A stretch of DNA of 64,000 nucleotides from an uncultured beta proteobacterium (GTDB lineage Bacteria; Pseudomonadota; Gammaproteobacteria; Burkholderiales; Burkholderiaceae_C), in assembly GCA_903897005.1 (NCBI GenBank), contig CAITZZ010000029.1, forward strand, positions 574 through 64,573, read 5' to 3'. This document shows, piece after piece, positions 17,349-28,199 of this stretch. Position 1 is the stretch's first letter, and the number at the start of each line of letters is the position of its first letter. The notes below the pieces were generated by a model. The model was not told the origin of the DNA. It made no database searches and was given only the letters and a program-made list of their open reading frames with translations. The translations under genes and the position numbers were made by a program.

Positions 17349-18743
17349 ATGGATGAAGTTATCGAAAGCAGCGATCACACAGCGAGGGTTGGCTTCGTCA
17401 GCCTGGGTTGTGCCAAGGCACTGACGGACTCGGAACTGATTCTTACGCAACTGACCGCTGAGGGTTACCAGACCTGCAAGACATTTCAGGGAGCTGATCT
17501 TGTCATTGTGAATACCTGTGGCTTTATCGATGATGCGGTCAAGGAGAGTCTGGACACGATTGGTGATGCCTTGGCAGACAACGGCAAAGTTATCGTGACG
17601 GGTTGCCTCGGTGCCAAAACACTGGCGGATGGAGCCAATTTGGTGCGACAGTTGCACCCAAGGGTGCTGGCGGTTACCGGGCCGCAGGCGACGCGGGAGG
17701 TGATGGATGCTGTGCATGCACATTTACCTCGACCCCATCGTCCATTTTTGGACCTGATTCCAAACTCGTTTGGTATTGCGGGTGTGAAACTCACACCCCG
17801 ACACTACGCCTATATCAAGATCAGCGAGGGGTGCAACCACCGATGCTCCTTTTGTATCATCCCGTCAATGAGGGGTGATCTCGTATCTCGACCGATTGGC
17901 GAAGTGCTGCGGGAGGCTAGGGCCTTGTTTGAGGGCGGTGTCAAGGAGTTGCTGGTGATCAGTCAGGATACTTCAGCTTATGGAGTCGACGTTCAATACC
18001 GAACAGGCTTCCATGAGGGTAGGCCGATCAAGACGCGATTGCTGGAACTGGTGCAGGCTCTTGGCGAAATGGCTGAGCCATTTTCTGCCTGGGTACGCTT
18101 GCACTACGTCTATCCCTATCCCAGTGTTGATGAGCTGATACCGCTGATGGCCGAGGGCAAGGTATTGCCTTATCTGGATGTTCCCTTTCAGCACAGTCAC
18201 CCGGATGTACTCAAGCGCATGAAGCGACCCGCCAGTGGCGAAAAAAATATCGAACGCATCCAGCGCTGGCGCGAGATTTGTCCGCAAATCGTGGTTCGCA
18301 GCACTTTCATCGCTGGCTTTCCGGGCGAGACCGAGCAAGAGTTTTCCCATTTATTGGACTTTATGCAGGAGGCGAGAATTGATCGTGCTGGCTGTTTTGC
18401 CTATAGTTCCGTGCAAGGCGCAGCGGCCAACGATCTCCCAGGTATGCTGCCGCCTGAACTTAGGGAGGAGCGGCGTGCTCGTTTCATGGCGGTCGCCGAG
18501 GCTGTTTCAGTGGCCAAACTGAGGCAGCGGCTTGGTTCTACGATGCAAGTCTTGGTAGACGCTGCGCCAGGCCTTGGCAAGAAGGGTGGCTTGGGACGGA
18601 GCTACGCCGACGCCCCGGAGATTGATGGCGTTGTGAAGTTGCTGCCACCGGAGAAAATCAGCAAAACTCTGAAGGTGGGTGAATTTACCCGAGCCAGGGT
18701 GGTTGGAACTGAAGGTCATGACCTTGTGGCTCAGCCCTTTTGA
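17349..18743 (+). CDS. rimO: Ribosomal protein S12 methylthiotransferase RimO
   Basis: 464 aa with an MTTase N-domain ([12 protein letters not shown]), radical-SAM CNHRCSFC and a C-terminal TRAM domain. Confidence 0.95.
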   Translation: MDEVIESSDHTARVGFVSLGCAKALTDSELILTQLTAEGYQTCKTFQGADLVIVNTCGFIDDAVKESLDTIGDALADNGKVIVTGCLGAKTLADGANLVRQLHPRVLAVTGPQATREVMDAVHAHLPRPHRPFLDLIPNSFGIAGVKLTPRHYAYIKISEGCNHRCSFCIIPSMRGDLVSRPIGEVLREARALFEGGVKELLVISQDTSAYGVDVQYRTGFHEGRPIKTRLLELVQALGEMAEPFSAWVRLHYVYPYPSVDELIPLMAEGKVLPYLDVPFQHSHPDVLKRMKRPASGEKNIERIQRWREICPQIVVRSTFIAGFPGETEQEFSHLLDFMQEARIDRAGCFAYSSVQGAAANDLPGMLPPELREERRARFMAVAEAVSVAKLRQRLGSTMQVLVDAAPGLGKKGGLGRSYADAPEIDGVVKLLPPEKISKTLKVGEFTRARVVGTEGHDLVAQPF

Positions 18744-18770
18744 AGCCTTGCTGTTTCAGCAGGATTCAGG

Positions 18771-18803
18771 ACAACAAAAAAGCCGCTTGTAGTCAAGCGG
18801 CTT
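18771..18803 (-). terminator. Rho-independent terminator downstream of tRNA-Leu (possibly bidirectional, also after rimO)
   Basis: The minus strand reads AAGCCGCTTG-ACTA-CAAGCGGCTT followed by TTTTGTTGT. On the plus strand the same 10-bp stem follows rimO but lacks a good T-tract. Confidence 0.7.
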
Positions 18804-18858
18804 CTAAGGAAAAAACATCCCGGAAAGCTTGTCAAAGTCTACCGGATTTCAATTATAT

Positions 18859-18943
<85 letters not shown>

Positions 18944-18954
18944 ATCTCAGGAAA

Positions 18955-21270
18955 GTGAGTGATTGTATCAAAAATACCAGCCAAACCAGCGGCCTGCTGG
19001 ACGAAGTTGAAGGAACGGTTCAGGGGCATCGTGACGGTCACGGGTTTGTGTCCCGTGATGACGGTGAGTCCGATATCTATTTGCCACCCAACGAAATGCG
19101 TGCAGTCTTGCACAAGGACCGCGTCAGGGTCCGTATCGTGCGCAGCGATCGCAAGGGACGCCCTGAAGGGCGTGTGCTGGAAATCGTCGAACGCACCAAT
19201 GATTCGATCATTGGCCGCCTGTTGCTGGAGAGTGGCATTTGGATCATGGTTCCGGAGGACAAGCGTTACGGCCAAGATGTACTGATTCCGAAGGCTGCAA
19301 CCGGAGCTGGCAAGGCGGGGCAAGTCGTTGTCGTTGAACTGACCGAAGCCCCTTCGCTGTATGGTCAGCCGGTAGGGCGTGTGACTGAGGTGCTTGGCGA
19401 AGTGGATGATCCGGGTATGGAGATCGAAATAGCGGTGCGCAAGTATGGTGTGCCGCATGAATTCTCTCCCGCCTGCATTGCGCTGGCCCGCACCCTGCCG
19501 GAGAAGGTGCGAGCGAGCGACAAGTCGCATCGTGTCGATCTGACAGACGTGCCACTTGTCACCATCGATGGGGAAGATGCGCGTGATTTTGACGATGCCG
19601 TCTATTGTGAGCCGGTGAAGATTGGCAAAGGAAAGTCTGCCGTGCAGGGCTGGCGTTTGCTGGTCGCGATTGCCGATGTCAGCCATTACGTGGAGAACGG
19701 ATCGGCTATTGATGTTGAAGCCTATGACCGCGCGACCAGTGTCTACTTTCCACGCCGCGTGATCCCGATGCTGCCCGAGAAGTTATCCAACGGGCTGTGT
19801 TCGCTCAATCCGGAAGTCGAACGTCTGTGCATGGTTTGCGACATGATGGTGAGTGCTGAGGGCGAGGTGTCGGCATACCAGTTTTACCCGGCTGTCATCT
19901 GGAGTCACGCACGCTTTACCTATACCGAGGTTGCAGCCATCCTGGCTAATACGCGCGGCCTGGAGGCTGTCAAGCATCAGGACAGGGTGACGGACCTGAT
20001 CAATTTGCACGGTGTCTATGAGGCACTGCACAAGTCGCGCGTGCGCCGCGGAGCGGTCGACTTTGAGACCGTTGAGACGCAGATCGTGTGTGACGAGACG
20101 GGCCGCATTGAGAAGATCGTGCCGCGTACACGCAACGATGCGCACAAGCTGATTGAAGAGGCCATGCTGGCGGCTAACGTCTGCAGTGCCGACTACATCG
20201 GTCAGAGCAAGCATGCTGGCCTGTTCAGGGTGCATGAAGGTCCGACACCCGAAAAGATCGAACTTCTTCGAAATTATCTGAAAGCGACAGGCATCGCACT
20301 AAGCATCAGTGACAACCCCAGCCCCGGCGAATTTCAAGCCATAGCCGGTGCAACAAAGGACAGGCCGGACGCGCAACAGATTCATTCCATGCTATTGCGC
20401 TCGATGCAGCAGGCGATCTACACGCCTGTCAACAAGGGGCATTTTGGATTGGCGTTTGACGCCTACACCCATTTCACAAGCCCTATTCGACGCTATCCTG
20501 ATTTGCTGGTACACCGGGTCATCAAAGCTATTTTGGCGAAGACCAAGTACCAACTGCCAGAACTTCCGATTCCAGGTGAAGCGCACGCGAAGCTGGCACG
20601 GCGCCTTGAAAAAGGACTGGCCTCGCGTGTTGCCGAGCCAGGACAAAAAACCAAAAAACTCAGTCACGAAGCCCAGGGCTGGCTGGCAGCCGGCCTGCAT
20701 TGCAGTGCCAACGAGCGCCGTGCCGACGAGGCCAGTCGGGATGTAGAGGCCTGGCTCAAGTGCAAGTACATGCGTGAGCACCTTGGCGAGGAGTACGCCG
20801 GGGTGGTGAGTTCGGTGACGAGTTTCGGCATATTTGTCACCCTCGACGCCATGTACGTGGAAGGATTGGTGCACATCACCGAGTTGGGTGGTGAGTACTA
20901 TCGCTTTGACGAAGCGCGACAAGAGTTGCGTGGCGAACGTACTGGCATGCGTTACGCAATCGGTTCGCGGGTCAAAGTGCAGGTAAGTCGGGTTGATCTC
21001 GATGGTCGCCGGATTGATTTTCTTCTGGTGCATGAAGGCGAGAGTCTGGTAGCGCGGGCCATGAAAGACAAAGAGGCGCTGCGTGTGGACCGCGGTCCGG
21101 ATGACGGCGGTGACAAGCAGGACCGATCTGCCATCAAACGTGCGGCCAGAAAGATTTCCGAGCCTCTGGCTCGTGTTTCAAGATCCGGTGGCAGCACATC
21201 CAAAACAGGTACCAGACCGGTTGGCGTCAAGGGCAAGGACAAAGGCCACAAATCACGTCGCCGGTCTTGA
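18955..21270 (+). CDS. rnr: Ribonuclease R
   Basis: Cold-shock-like N-domains ([15 protein letters not shown]), an RNB catalytic domain ([14 protein letters not shown]), an S1 domain and a basic C-tail. The track start at 18916 overlaps tRNA-Leu. The first in-frame start beyond it is GTG at 18955, which remains uncertain. Confidence 0.88.
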   Translation: MSDCIKNTSQTSGLLDEVEGTVQGHRDGHGFVSRDDGESDIYLPPNEMRAVLHKDRVRVRIVRSDRKGRPEGRVLEIVERTNDSIIGRLLLESGIWIMVPEDKRYGQDVLIPKAATGAGKAGQVVVVELTEAPSLYGQPVGRVTEVLGEVDDPGMEIEIAVRKYGVPHEFSPACIALARTLPEKVRASDKSHRVDLTDVPLVTIDGEDARDFDDAVYCEPVKIGKGKSAVQGWRLLVAIADVSHYVENGSAIDVEAYDRATSVYFPRRVIPMLPEKLSNGLCSLNPEVERLCMVCDMMVSAEGEVSAYQFYPAVIWSHARFTYTEVAAILANTRGLEAVKHQDRVTDLINLHGVYEALHKSRVRRGAVDFETVETQIVCDETGRIEKIVPRTRNDAHKLIEEAMLAANVCSADYIGQSKHAGLFRVHEGPTPEKIELLRNYLKATGIALSISDNPSPGEFQAIAGATKDRPDAQQIHSMLLRSMQQAIYTPVNKGHFGLAFDAYTHFTSPIRRYPDLLVHRVIKAILAKTKYQLPELPIPGEAHAKLARRLEKGLASRVAEPGQKTKKLSHEAQGWLAAGLHCSANERRADEASRDVEAWLKCKYMREHLGEEYAGVVSSVTSFGIFVTLDAMYVEGLVHITELGGEYYRFDEARQELRGERTGMRYAIGSRVKVQVSRVDLDGRRIDFLLVHEGESLVARAMKDKEALRVDRGPDDGGDKQDRSAIKRAARKISEPLARVSRSGGSTSKTGTRPVGVKGKDKGHKSRRRS

Positions 21271-21301
21271 GCCGACGAGGCATCCATTTTCAGGAAAGAT
21301 C

Positions 21302-22057
21302 ATGATTTCAAGTTCAAAAGTCGCGATTGTGACGGGTGCTGGCACCGGCATTGGCAAGGCTGCGGCCCTGGCCTTGCTCAATGATGGGTATCAGGTGGTG
21401 CTCGCAGGGCGACGTCCGGAGCCATTGGCCGAGGTTGTTGCAGCTGGCGGTGCAATTGAGCGCTGCCTGTCGGTGCCGACCGACGTTTCGGATCCGGACT
21501 CGGTGAGGGCTTTGTTTGATGCGACTGTGGCACGGTTTGGCCGCGTTGATGTTTTGTTCAACAACGCCGGGGTTGGTGCCCCCGCCATCCCACTGGAAGA
21601 GTTGACGCTGGCGCAGTGGAAGTACGTCGTTGATATCAATCTGACGGGTATGTTTCTTTGTCTGCAGCAGGCTTTCAGGGTGATGAAGTCGCAAACACCG
21701 CGTGGCGGACGGATCATCAACAACGGTTCTATTTCGGCAACCACGCCGCGCCCGAACTCGATCGCCTACACCGCAACCAAGCACGCGGTCAAAGGCCTGA
21801 CAAAGACTGCGTCCCTGGACGGTCGCAAGTACGATATCGCGGTCGGTCAGATCGACGTAGGCAATGCAGCTACCGAGATGGTGCAGCGAATGGCAGCGGG
21901 CATTGAACAGGCCAACGGCGCAATTGCCGTTGAGCCTTTGATGGATGTCAACATCGTGGGCCAATCCGTGCTGTACATGGCCAATTTGCCGTTGGAGGCG
22001 AACGTCATGTTCCACACGGTGATGGCGACCAAGATGCCGTTTGCAGGTCGAGGCTGA
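21302..22057 (+). CDS. SDR family oxidoreductase
   Basis: [22 protein letters not shown] cofactor motif and catalytic YTATK. The ATG at 21302 was chosen because the track start at 21083 overlaps rnr. Confidence 0.85.
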   Translation: MISSSKVAIVTGAGTGIGKAAALALLNDGYQVVLAGRRPEPLAEVVAAGGAIERCLSVPTDVSDPDSVRALFDATVARFGRVDVLFNNAGVGAPAIPLEELTLAQWKYVVDINLTGMFLCLQQAFRVMKSQTPRGGRIINNGSISATTPRPNSIAYTATKHAVKGLTKTASLDGRKYDIAVGQIDVGNAATEMVQRMAAGIEQANGAIAVEPLMDVNIVGQSVLYMANLPLEANVMFHTVMATKMPFAGRG

Positions 22058-22111
22058 ACTCCGTCGCTTTCGGTCTGGCAAGGCGCGATGGCGATTGCCA
22101 GTACAGATTGA

Positions 22112-23575
22112 CTAGGCGCAGTTCGAAAGCGCTCCAGCTGTCAACGGGATTTGCGCGGGCCATCGGTCCGCCGACAGGCCATGCCAATAGACCGCGTCGC
22201 AGGCAGCCAGAAAAGAGGTCCGTCGAGTGGCCAGCCGCGCGCCTATCATTCCGGCAAGGACATCACCGGTGCCTGCAGTGGCCAATCTGGCGTTACCCGT
22301 CGGATTGATGACTGGTGTTTGACCAGGTGATGCGATGATGGTGCCCGAGCCCTTGAGAACGACCGTGCAGTTAAAGCGTCGTGACAAGTCCTCGGCGACT
22401 GGCAGTCGATTGGCCTGCACATGTTGTGCACTGCTGTCCATCAATCGGGCGGCTTCCAGGGGATGCGGGGTGAGTACCGTGCTCAGCTGGCGAGCAGCGC
22501 GCTGGCACAGCAAAGTCTGCAACTGGGTGTCATTGGCGATTGCGTTGAGGGCATCTGCATCAATCACGAGGCGAGCAGAGCTTGCCAGTATCCTTGCCAG
22601 CGGTTCACGCACGGCGTCACCACCACCACAGCCTGCGACGACGGTCATCGCTCTGAAATCGAGTGATTCGATTGGCCTGAACATCAATTCTGGTCGCTGC
22701 GTGTCAAGAGCAGTCGCACTGTGCTGAAGCAGTCCAACAAAAACCCGTCCTGCGCCCGCGTGTAGGGCCGCAGACGCAGCCAACAGGGCTGCGCCGGTCA
22801 TACCGGTTGCTCCTCCAATCACGGCAACGTCGCCATAGCTTCCCTTGTGTGAAGCGTGAAGGCGCAGTGTCTCGCCCGGCGCACCTGCCAGCCAGGCTGT
22901 TGGAGTGACGACTGCCTCATCGGTGGTGTTACCTTGAGTGACGTCAAGGTCATCGAGCCAAACCGTCCCCGAACAGTCTCGCCCATGGGCCGTGAACAGT
23001 CCTGGCTTGAGTGTGAGCAGGCTCAGTGTGTGATCGGCCTGAACGCAATGTTGCATCAGCGCGCCAGAATCCGCCATTAGCCCGGTGGGAATGTCCACTG
23101 CCAGGATGGTTGCAGAACTGCTATTGAGGTGTTCGATCCATGCCGCCATGATCCCTTGCGGAGCACGGGTGCCACCAACACCCAACAGGGCGTCGATACA
23201 ACAATCAAAGTCGGACGGAGGTCCTTCGGCGAAATCGATCCCTGCAGCGCAGGCGCGTGCATAGGATGCCGCAGTGTCCGGTGGCACAGTGTCAGGTTTG
23301 CCCAGCCAAGTGACAAGGACCGACTTGCCCCAGCGCGTGAGGTGAAGCGCCGCTTCCATCCCATCACCACCATTGTTTCCGGGACCACAGGCAATCCAGA
23401 TGCGTCTGCTGTGCGGGGCAATCGCCATGGCGAGTTGGGCCACCGCCATTCCTGCGCGCTCCATCAGTGAGTGAAGTGGCAAGGCCGTTTGCGCCAAACT
23501 TTCCATACGGCGCGTTGCCTCAACGCCGTACAAGGCGTGGCGCTGGCGGAAGTCAACTTTTTGCACAGGACTCAA
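22112..23575 (-). CDS. nnr: Bifunctional NAD(P)H-hydrate repair enzyme (epimerase/ADP-dependent dehydratase)
   Basis: YjeF_N domain (ACGPGNNGGDG) plus a C-terminal kinase-fold domain (ATAGTGDVLAGMIGA). The start is TTG at 23575, overlapping the upstream stop, or GTG at 23566. Confidence 0.9.
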   Translation of the reverse strand: MSPVQKVDFRQRHALYGVEATRRMESLAQTALPLHSLMERAGMAVAQLAMAIAPHSRRIWIACGPGNNGGDGMEAALHLTRWGKSVLVTWLGKPDTVPPDTAASYARACAAGIDFAEGPPSDFDCCIDALLGVGGTRAPQGIMAAWIEHLNSSSATILAVDIPTGLMADSGALMQHCVQADHTLSLLTLKPGLFTAHGRDCSGTVWLDDLDVTQGNTTDEAVVTPTAWLAGAPGETLRLHASHKGSYGDVAVIGGATGMTGAALLAASAALHAGAGRVFVGLLQHSATALDTQRPELMFRPIESLDFRAMTVVAGCGGGDAVREPLARILASSARLVIDADALNAIANDTQLQTLLCQRAARQLSTVLTPHPLEAARLMDSSAQHVQANRLPVAEDLSRRFNCTVVLKGSGTIIASPGQTPVINPTGNARLATAGTGDVLAGMIGARLATRRTSFLAACDAVYWHGLSADRWPAQIPLTAGALSNCA

Positions 23576-24459
23576 AACTCGTAACTTTCCCCTTCCCGAG
23601 CCAGTCGATAGTCCGGCCCGCCCGGGTGCGGAGGATGGTCGGCCAGAACTTTCTGAAAGACGGCATCCAGCGCTGCGTCACTTCGAGTGGGTTCATGGTG
23701 AGTGCAAAACAGAACCTGTGCCCCGGCATGCAGGGCATATTGAATGCTTGAGCTGAAAGTGCCGTGGCCCCAACCCTTCTTGGCAGGATATTCCTGTTCC
23801 GTGTAAGAGCAGTCTGCGATCAGTACATTGACCCCGCGCATGGCGTTAAGAATGGCATCGTGTCGTTGGTCAACCAGAATCTGGTACTCGGCATATTCCT
23901 TGTCAGTTGGTTCGTAAATATTTTGCGGGGGTTCGTGATCGCCGGTAAAGAAAATCGACTTTCCGTTGGCCTCAATTCGGTATCCAAAATTGACGACGGG
24001 GTGGTTCATCAAATAGGGCGTGATGGTGGCCGAACCGATACGAATACTTTCTTCTGGGGCGAGCGTCACATATTCAATGCGTGCTTTCATCTCCGCTTCG
24101 CGCACCGGGAAATAGCTGTACTGCAACTGAACCGACATGACCTGCTCGACGCCTTTGCCGGCGACCGGGTCGTAGGCGCCATGCAGGCGCATCAGGTTGC
24201 CGGGAATAAAGTTGGGCGCAAAAAACGGCAAACCCTGAATATGGTCCCAGTGTGTATGAGAAATAAGTACGTTGGCGGTCAGAGGCATTTCGCCCAGCAG
24301 GGTTTGGGACAGCGGAAAGATGCCGGTACCCGCGTCGATGATGATCAGTTCATTGCTGTCGGTGCGTACTTCGATGCAGGTTGTGTTGCCACCGTAATAT
24401 GCGGTGGCCGGGCCGGGAGAAGCGATGGAACCGCGCACGCCCCAGAATTTGACCTTCAT
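23572..24459 (-). CDS. MBL-fold metallo-hydrolase
   Basis: 295 aa with HxHxDH motif ISHTHWDHIQG. AGGA lies 6 nt upstream of the ATG. The stop is overlapped by the nnr start. Confidence 0.85.
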   Translation of the reverse strand: MKVKFWGVRGSIASPGPATAYYGGNTTCIEVRTDSNELIIIDAGTGIFPLSQTLLGEMPLTANVLISHTHWDHIQGLPFFAPNFIPGNLMRLHGAYDPVAGKGVEQVMSVQLQYSYFPVREAEMKARIEYVTLAPEESIRIGSATITPYLMNHPVVNFGYRIEANGKSIFFTGDHEPPQNIYEPTDKEYAEYQILVDQRHDAILNAMRGVNVLIADCSYTEQEYPAKKGWGHGTFSSSIQYALHAGAQVLFCTHHEPTRSDAALDAVFQKVLADHPPHPGGPDYRLAREGESYEF

Positions 24460-24559
24460 AGCCTGTCCTGAAAATTATGAAAATAGCGGGGCATCTCAAA
24501 AAAAGAAGTCAAGCAACAATGATGGGGTTGTCTGGGCGCGACTGCGAACCTTGACAGGA

Positions 24560-25813
24560 TTATGCGCGTAGTCGTTGCGCTGCGTAGTCGGTCGGATCCA
24601 AATCCGGTTTCTTTCCGCCAATCAGGTCGGACAGGATCCTGGCTGAGCCGCAACTCAGCGCCCAACCGCTGGAGCCGTGTCCAAGATTGAGCCAGATTCC
24701 AGTAATGCCGCTCGCACCCACCATCGGTGGGCCATCGGGCAGCATGGGTCGTGCGCCCTTCCACTCCTGTACGCCGCTCGAGAGGTTGGCAGCGCCAGGA
24801 AACCAGTCATGCAAAACCTTGTACAGGGTTTGCAGTGAACCCGGTCGTTTCTTGTCGATCGAGCCGCCAATCTCTGCGCTGCCAGCCACTCTGACGCGGT
24901 TGCCAAGGCGCGAAATTGCGACCTTGTAGCGCTCGTCCATAACGGCGCTGATGGGTGAGTTGATTGGTTCTCGTATGGCTGCACTGATCGAGTAGCCGTG
25001 GACTGCCGTCAAAGGAATATTCAGACCCAGGGGTTTCAAGAGCCGGACCGAGTCGATGCCGGCGCAAACCACGACTGCGGCGAAGGACCGAGGCAGGCTT
25101 TCTCCCGCGATGTTGATTGCGACGCCCATGTTGCTGCTGACGTTTGTGACGTCGGTGTTGAAGGAAAACTCGACGCCACGGCGCTGTGCTTCACTCTTCA
25201 ACATCAGTGCGAACTGCCGACAGTTTCCTACCTCGTCGTCGGGCAAATGTATGGCACCATGAAAGACCATGTCCGGATTGAGCGCTGGTTCAATTTTTCG
25301 GGCGTCGGCCGCGCTGATTTCCTTGAAGGTCACACCAGCATCACGCAGTACCTGCAGACCGGGCTGCACCATCTTGCTGTCCCTGGCCGAGCGCAACAAC
25401 ACCATGTAGCCATCGCTGCGTTCATAGTCAAGTTTCAGAGCAGAGGTAATGTCGTGCAGCCGCTCCCGGCTGTAGAACGCCAGACGTTGAAGTTGCGAGC
25501 GATGCGCCAGATAGGTATCAAGTTTGCAGGCACGATAAAACTTCCACATCCAGATCAGATCGCGACGGGACAGCGGCAAGCTGACCTTGACCGGTGCGTA
25601 ACGACTCAACAAGTGCCCCAAGACCTTGCCCGGCATACCGGGCGCTGCCCATGGCGTGACATATCCCGGTGCGACCAGGCCCGCGTTGGCAAAGCTGGCT
25701 TCTTCGGCGGCAGCACCCCGACGCTCCAGTACACAGACTTGATGGCCGTCGCAGGCTAGCTCGTAGGCCGTCGTTACGCCAATAATGCCGGCGCCAATGA
25801 CTGCAATCTTCAT
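24560..25813 (-). CDS. dadA: FAD-dependent D-amino-acid dehydrogenase-like oxidoreductase
   Basis: 417 aa. MKIAVIGAGIIGVTTAYELA Rossmann motif. The N-terminal 80 aa read like E. coli DadA (..SFANAG..PGYVTPWAAPG..). Confidence 0.8.
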   Translation of the reverse strand: MKIAVIGAGIIGVTTAYELACDGHQVCVLERRGAAAEEASFANAGLVAPGYVTPWAAPGMPGKVLGHLLSRYAPVKVSLPLSRRDLIWMWKFYRACKLDTYLAHRSQLQRLAFYSRERLHDITSALKLDYERSDGYMVLLRSARDSKMVQPGLQVLRDAGVTFKEISAADARKIEPALNPDMVFHGAIHLPDDEVGNCRQFALMLKSEAQRRGVEFSFNTDVTNVSSNMGVAINIAGESLPRSFAAVVVCAGIDSVRLLKPLGLNIPLTAVHGYSISAAIREPINSPISAVMDERYKVAISRLGNRVRVAGSAEIGGSIDKKRPGSLQTLYKVLHDWFPGAANLSSGVQEWKGARPMLPDGPPMVGASGITGIWLNLGHGSSGWALSCGSARILSDLIGGKKPDLDPTDYAAQRLRA

Positions 25814-25855
25814 GAATTCCTCTGTTCAAACCTGCCACACCCGACGCCACCGAAG

Positions 25856-27187
25856 TCAGGGCTGTCGAAGCAGGTGTTCAATTTCAAGCGCTATATTGAG
25901 CACCTGGTCGTCTTGCAGGGCGCCAGCCCAAACCATCAAGCCAACCGGTAATTCGCCACTGGCGTGGCATGGGATAGAAATGGCGCAGCCATCGAGCATA
26001 TTGATAACACTGGTGTTTCTCAGTAACAGGGAATTGGTACGAAAAAACGCATCATCACGTTGAACGCCAGGGGCTATATCCGATATCGGTGGTGCCACCA
26101 CTGCAACGGTGGGCGATAACACTGCATCAAAACCTTGCAGACGATGCTCCATCCTGTCAATCCAGTTGCGACGCGCGCGCAGCAACTCAATGTAGTCACG
26201 CGCGCTCATGCTGGCGCCCCGTTCGATCCGTGCGGCAACGCGGGGATCGTAGGATGCCCTCCGGTTGGCCAGAAGTTGGTGGTGCCAGGCGTAGCTCTCG
26301 GCGGCGGAAAAACCGCCACTGGCTTGAATCTGCTGCAGTTCATTGATCTCCGTCAGCGCGATATCCTCGATGCGGGCGCCGGCGCGGCGCAGTAACGTCA
26401 GAGTCCGGTGCCAGGCCTGAGAGACCGTTCGGTCCAGGCCGTCCAGCATGACGGTATTGGCAATACCCAGGCGGTAGGCTGACAGGGGCGCGGGACTGCG
26501 CACGACACGCCTCTGCGCCAGGATCTCGTGGGTCAGCATGGCGTCATGCACGGAGCGGGTGAGGGCGCAGACCGTATCCAGCGTGGTGGACAGGGGCAGC
26601 ACGCCGTCTGCTGGAACCAATCTGGCGCTACTCTTGAAGCCGACAACACCGCAGAGCGCCGCCGGAATCCGGATCGAGCCACCAGTATCGGATCCCAGAC
26701 CGACGAACGCAGCGCCGGTTGCGACCGACACAGCGGCGCCGGAAGATGATCCGCCAGGCACGCGGGCTGCGTCGCTGGCGCCTGGGTTCAGTGGAGTGCC
26801 AAAGTGGGGGTTGATGCCGACTCCCGAGAACGCAAACTCCGCCATATTGGTGCGTCCTATGAAAGCTGCACCCGCCCGGCGGAGTCGCTCCACCGCCGTA
26901 CTGTCCTTGAGCGCGGGCAAAGCGTCGCGCAGAACCAGTGACCCGGCGCGGGTGGTTTGTCCTGCCACGTCAAACAGGTCCTTGACTGAGACCGCAAGCC
27001 CGGCTAATGGCTTTCGTGCCGAGCCGGGGTCAGCGGCAACCGCGCGCGCCTGGTCAAAGTCCGTGCTGAGAAACACATGCTTGCACCGTTCGGACTGCGC
27101 CGCGGCAATCGACCGCTCCATTTCGGCAATGGGGTCTATCTGGCTGATACGCTGTTTCTGCAAGGAGGAGTGAAGGTCTGGCAACAT
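25856..27187 (-). CDS. Amidase (amidase-signature family)
   Basis: AS motif GGSSSGAAVSVATGAAFVGLGSDTGGSIRIPA. The start was set to the ATG at 27187 (track TTG at 27265) and is uncertain. Confidence 0.85.
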   Translation of the reverse strand: MLPDLHSSLQKQRISQIDPIAEMERSIAAAQSERCKHVFLSTDFDQARAVAADPGSARKPLAGLAVSVKDLFDVAGQTTRAGSLVLRDALPALKDSTAVERLRRAGAAFIGRTNMAEFAFSGVGINPHFGTPLNPGASDAARVPGGSSSGAAVSVATGAAFVGLGSDTGGSIRIPAALCGVVGFKSSARLVPADGVLPLSTTLDTVCALTRSVHDAMLTHEILAQRRVVRSPAPLSAYRLGIANTVMLDGLDRTVSQAWHRTLTLLRRAGARIEDIALTEINELQQIQASGGFSAAESYAWHHQLLANRRASYDPRVAARIERGASMSARDYIELLRARRNWIDRMEHRLQGFDAVLSPTVAVVAPPISDIAPGVQRDDAFFRTNSLLLRNTSVINMLDGCAISIPCHASGELPVGLMVWAGALQDDQVLNIALEIEHLLRQP

Positions 27188-27204
27188 GAAAAGCGGTCGG
27201 TCTG

Positions 27205-27213
27205 TGCTATAGT
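27205..27213 (+). promoter_or_regulatory. Candidate extended -10 promoter for rpsB
   Basis: TGcTATAGT about 147 nt upstream of the rpsB ATG. No good -35 element. Confidence 0.3.
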
Positions 27214-27360
27214 CCTTGGGTTCTGCGGAGGGGCCGAAGTGGCTGCTTGCCGAACAAATCAGCAAACCAGTTTATTCAAGGTGTTGCGACAACTGAGGGC
27301 GCTTTCGTCTTCAGGATTGCAAAACAAACTGGATTTTAGACCTAACCTTTGGAGTTGACT

Positions 27361-28113
27361 ATGTCAGTAACCATGCGCGAAATGCTGGAAGCGGGTGTCC
27401 ATTTTGGCCACCAGACGCGTTTCTGGAACCCCAAGATGGCCCCGTTCATTTTTGGCCATCGCAACAAGATCCACATTATCAATCTGGAAAAATCGCTGCC
27501 GATGTTCCAGGAAGCGGCCAAGTTTGTGCGCCAGATTTCCGCTAAACGCGGAACGGTGCTGATGGTCGGGACCAAGCGGCAGGCGCGGGAAACTGTGGCT
27601 GAGGAAGCCAAGCGCGCTGGTGTTCCCTACGTTGATCAGCGTTGGTTGGGCGGTATGTTGACCAACTTCAAGACCGTCAAGACCTCCATCAAACGACTGA
27701 AAGACATGAAGATCCAGCAAGAAGCCGGGCTTGATAGTCTCAGCAAGAAAGAACAACTGATGTTTGCCCGTGAGCTCGCCAAACTCGAAAGAGACATTGG
27801 CGGCATTCAGGATATGACGGTCTTGCCGGATGCCATATTTGTGATTGATGTCGGCTTCCACAAGATTGCGATCGCAGAAGCCAAGAAGCTGGGCATTCCC
27901 CTGGTTGCGGTGGTTGATACCAATCATTCGCCTGAAGGCATCGACTACGTCATACCTGGCAATGATGACTCGTCCAAGGCCGTCGTTCTGTATGCGCGCG
28001 GCATTGCCGACGCCATCATCGAAGGTCGGACCAATATGGTTGATGATGTGGTCAAAGCCATAGCTGCTGAGACCGCCGACGAATTTGTTGAAGTGGATGA
28101 GACTGCTGTCTGA
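27361..28113 (+). CDS. rpsB: 30S ribosomal protein S2
   Basis: [30 protein letters not shown] lies 6 nt upstream of the ATG at 27361. Confidence 0.97.
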   Translation: MSVTMREMLEAGVHFGHQTRFWNPKMAPFIFGHRNKIHIINLEKSLPMFQEAAKFVRQISAKRGTVLMVGTKRQARETVAEEAKRAGVPYVDQRWLGGMLTNFKTVKTSIKRLKDMKIQQEAGLDSLSKKEQLMFARELAKLERDIGGIQDMTVLPDAIFVIDVGFHKIAIAEAKKLGIPLVAVVDTNHSPEGIDYVIPGNDDSSKAVVLYARGIADAIIEGRTNMVDDVVKAIAAETADEFVEVDETAV

Positions 28114-28131
28114 GTCGTCCCTATCCCCAAT

Positions 28132-28158
28132 AAAGGGGGCTTTCGTGCCCCTTTTTTT
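28132..28158 (+). terminator. Intrinsic terminator/attenuator between rpsB and tsf
   Basis: AAAGGGGGC-TTTCGT-GCCCCTTT stem-loop followed by a T7 run. Confidence 0.65.
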
Positions 28159-28199
28159 GATCGTTTTTTAATTTTGTGAATTGAGTACGGAGAATTAAA

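Noticed and set aside
22075-22101. CTGGCAA-13nt-TTGCCAG stem between the convergent SDR and nnr genes as a bidirectional terminator
   Set aside because: Only 7 bp with a large loop and no T or A tracts on either side.
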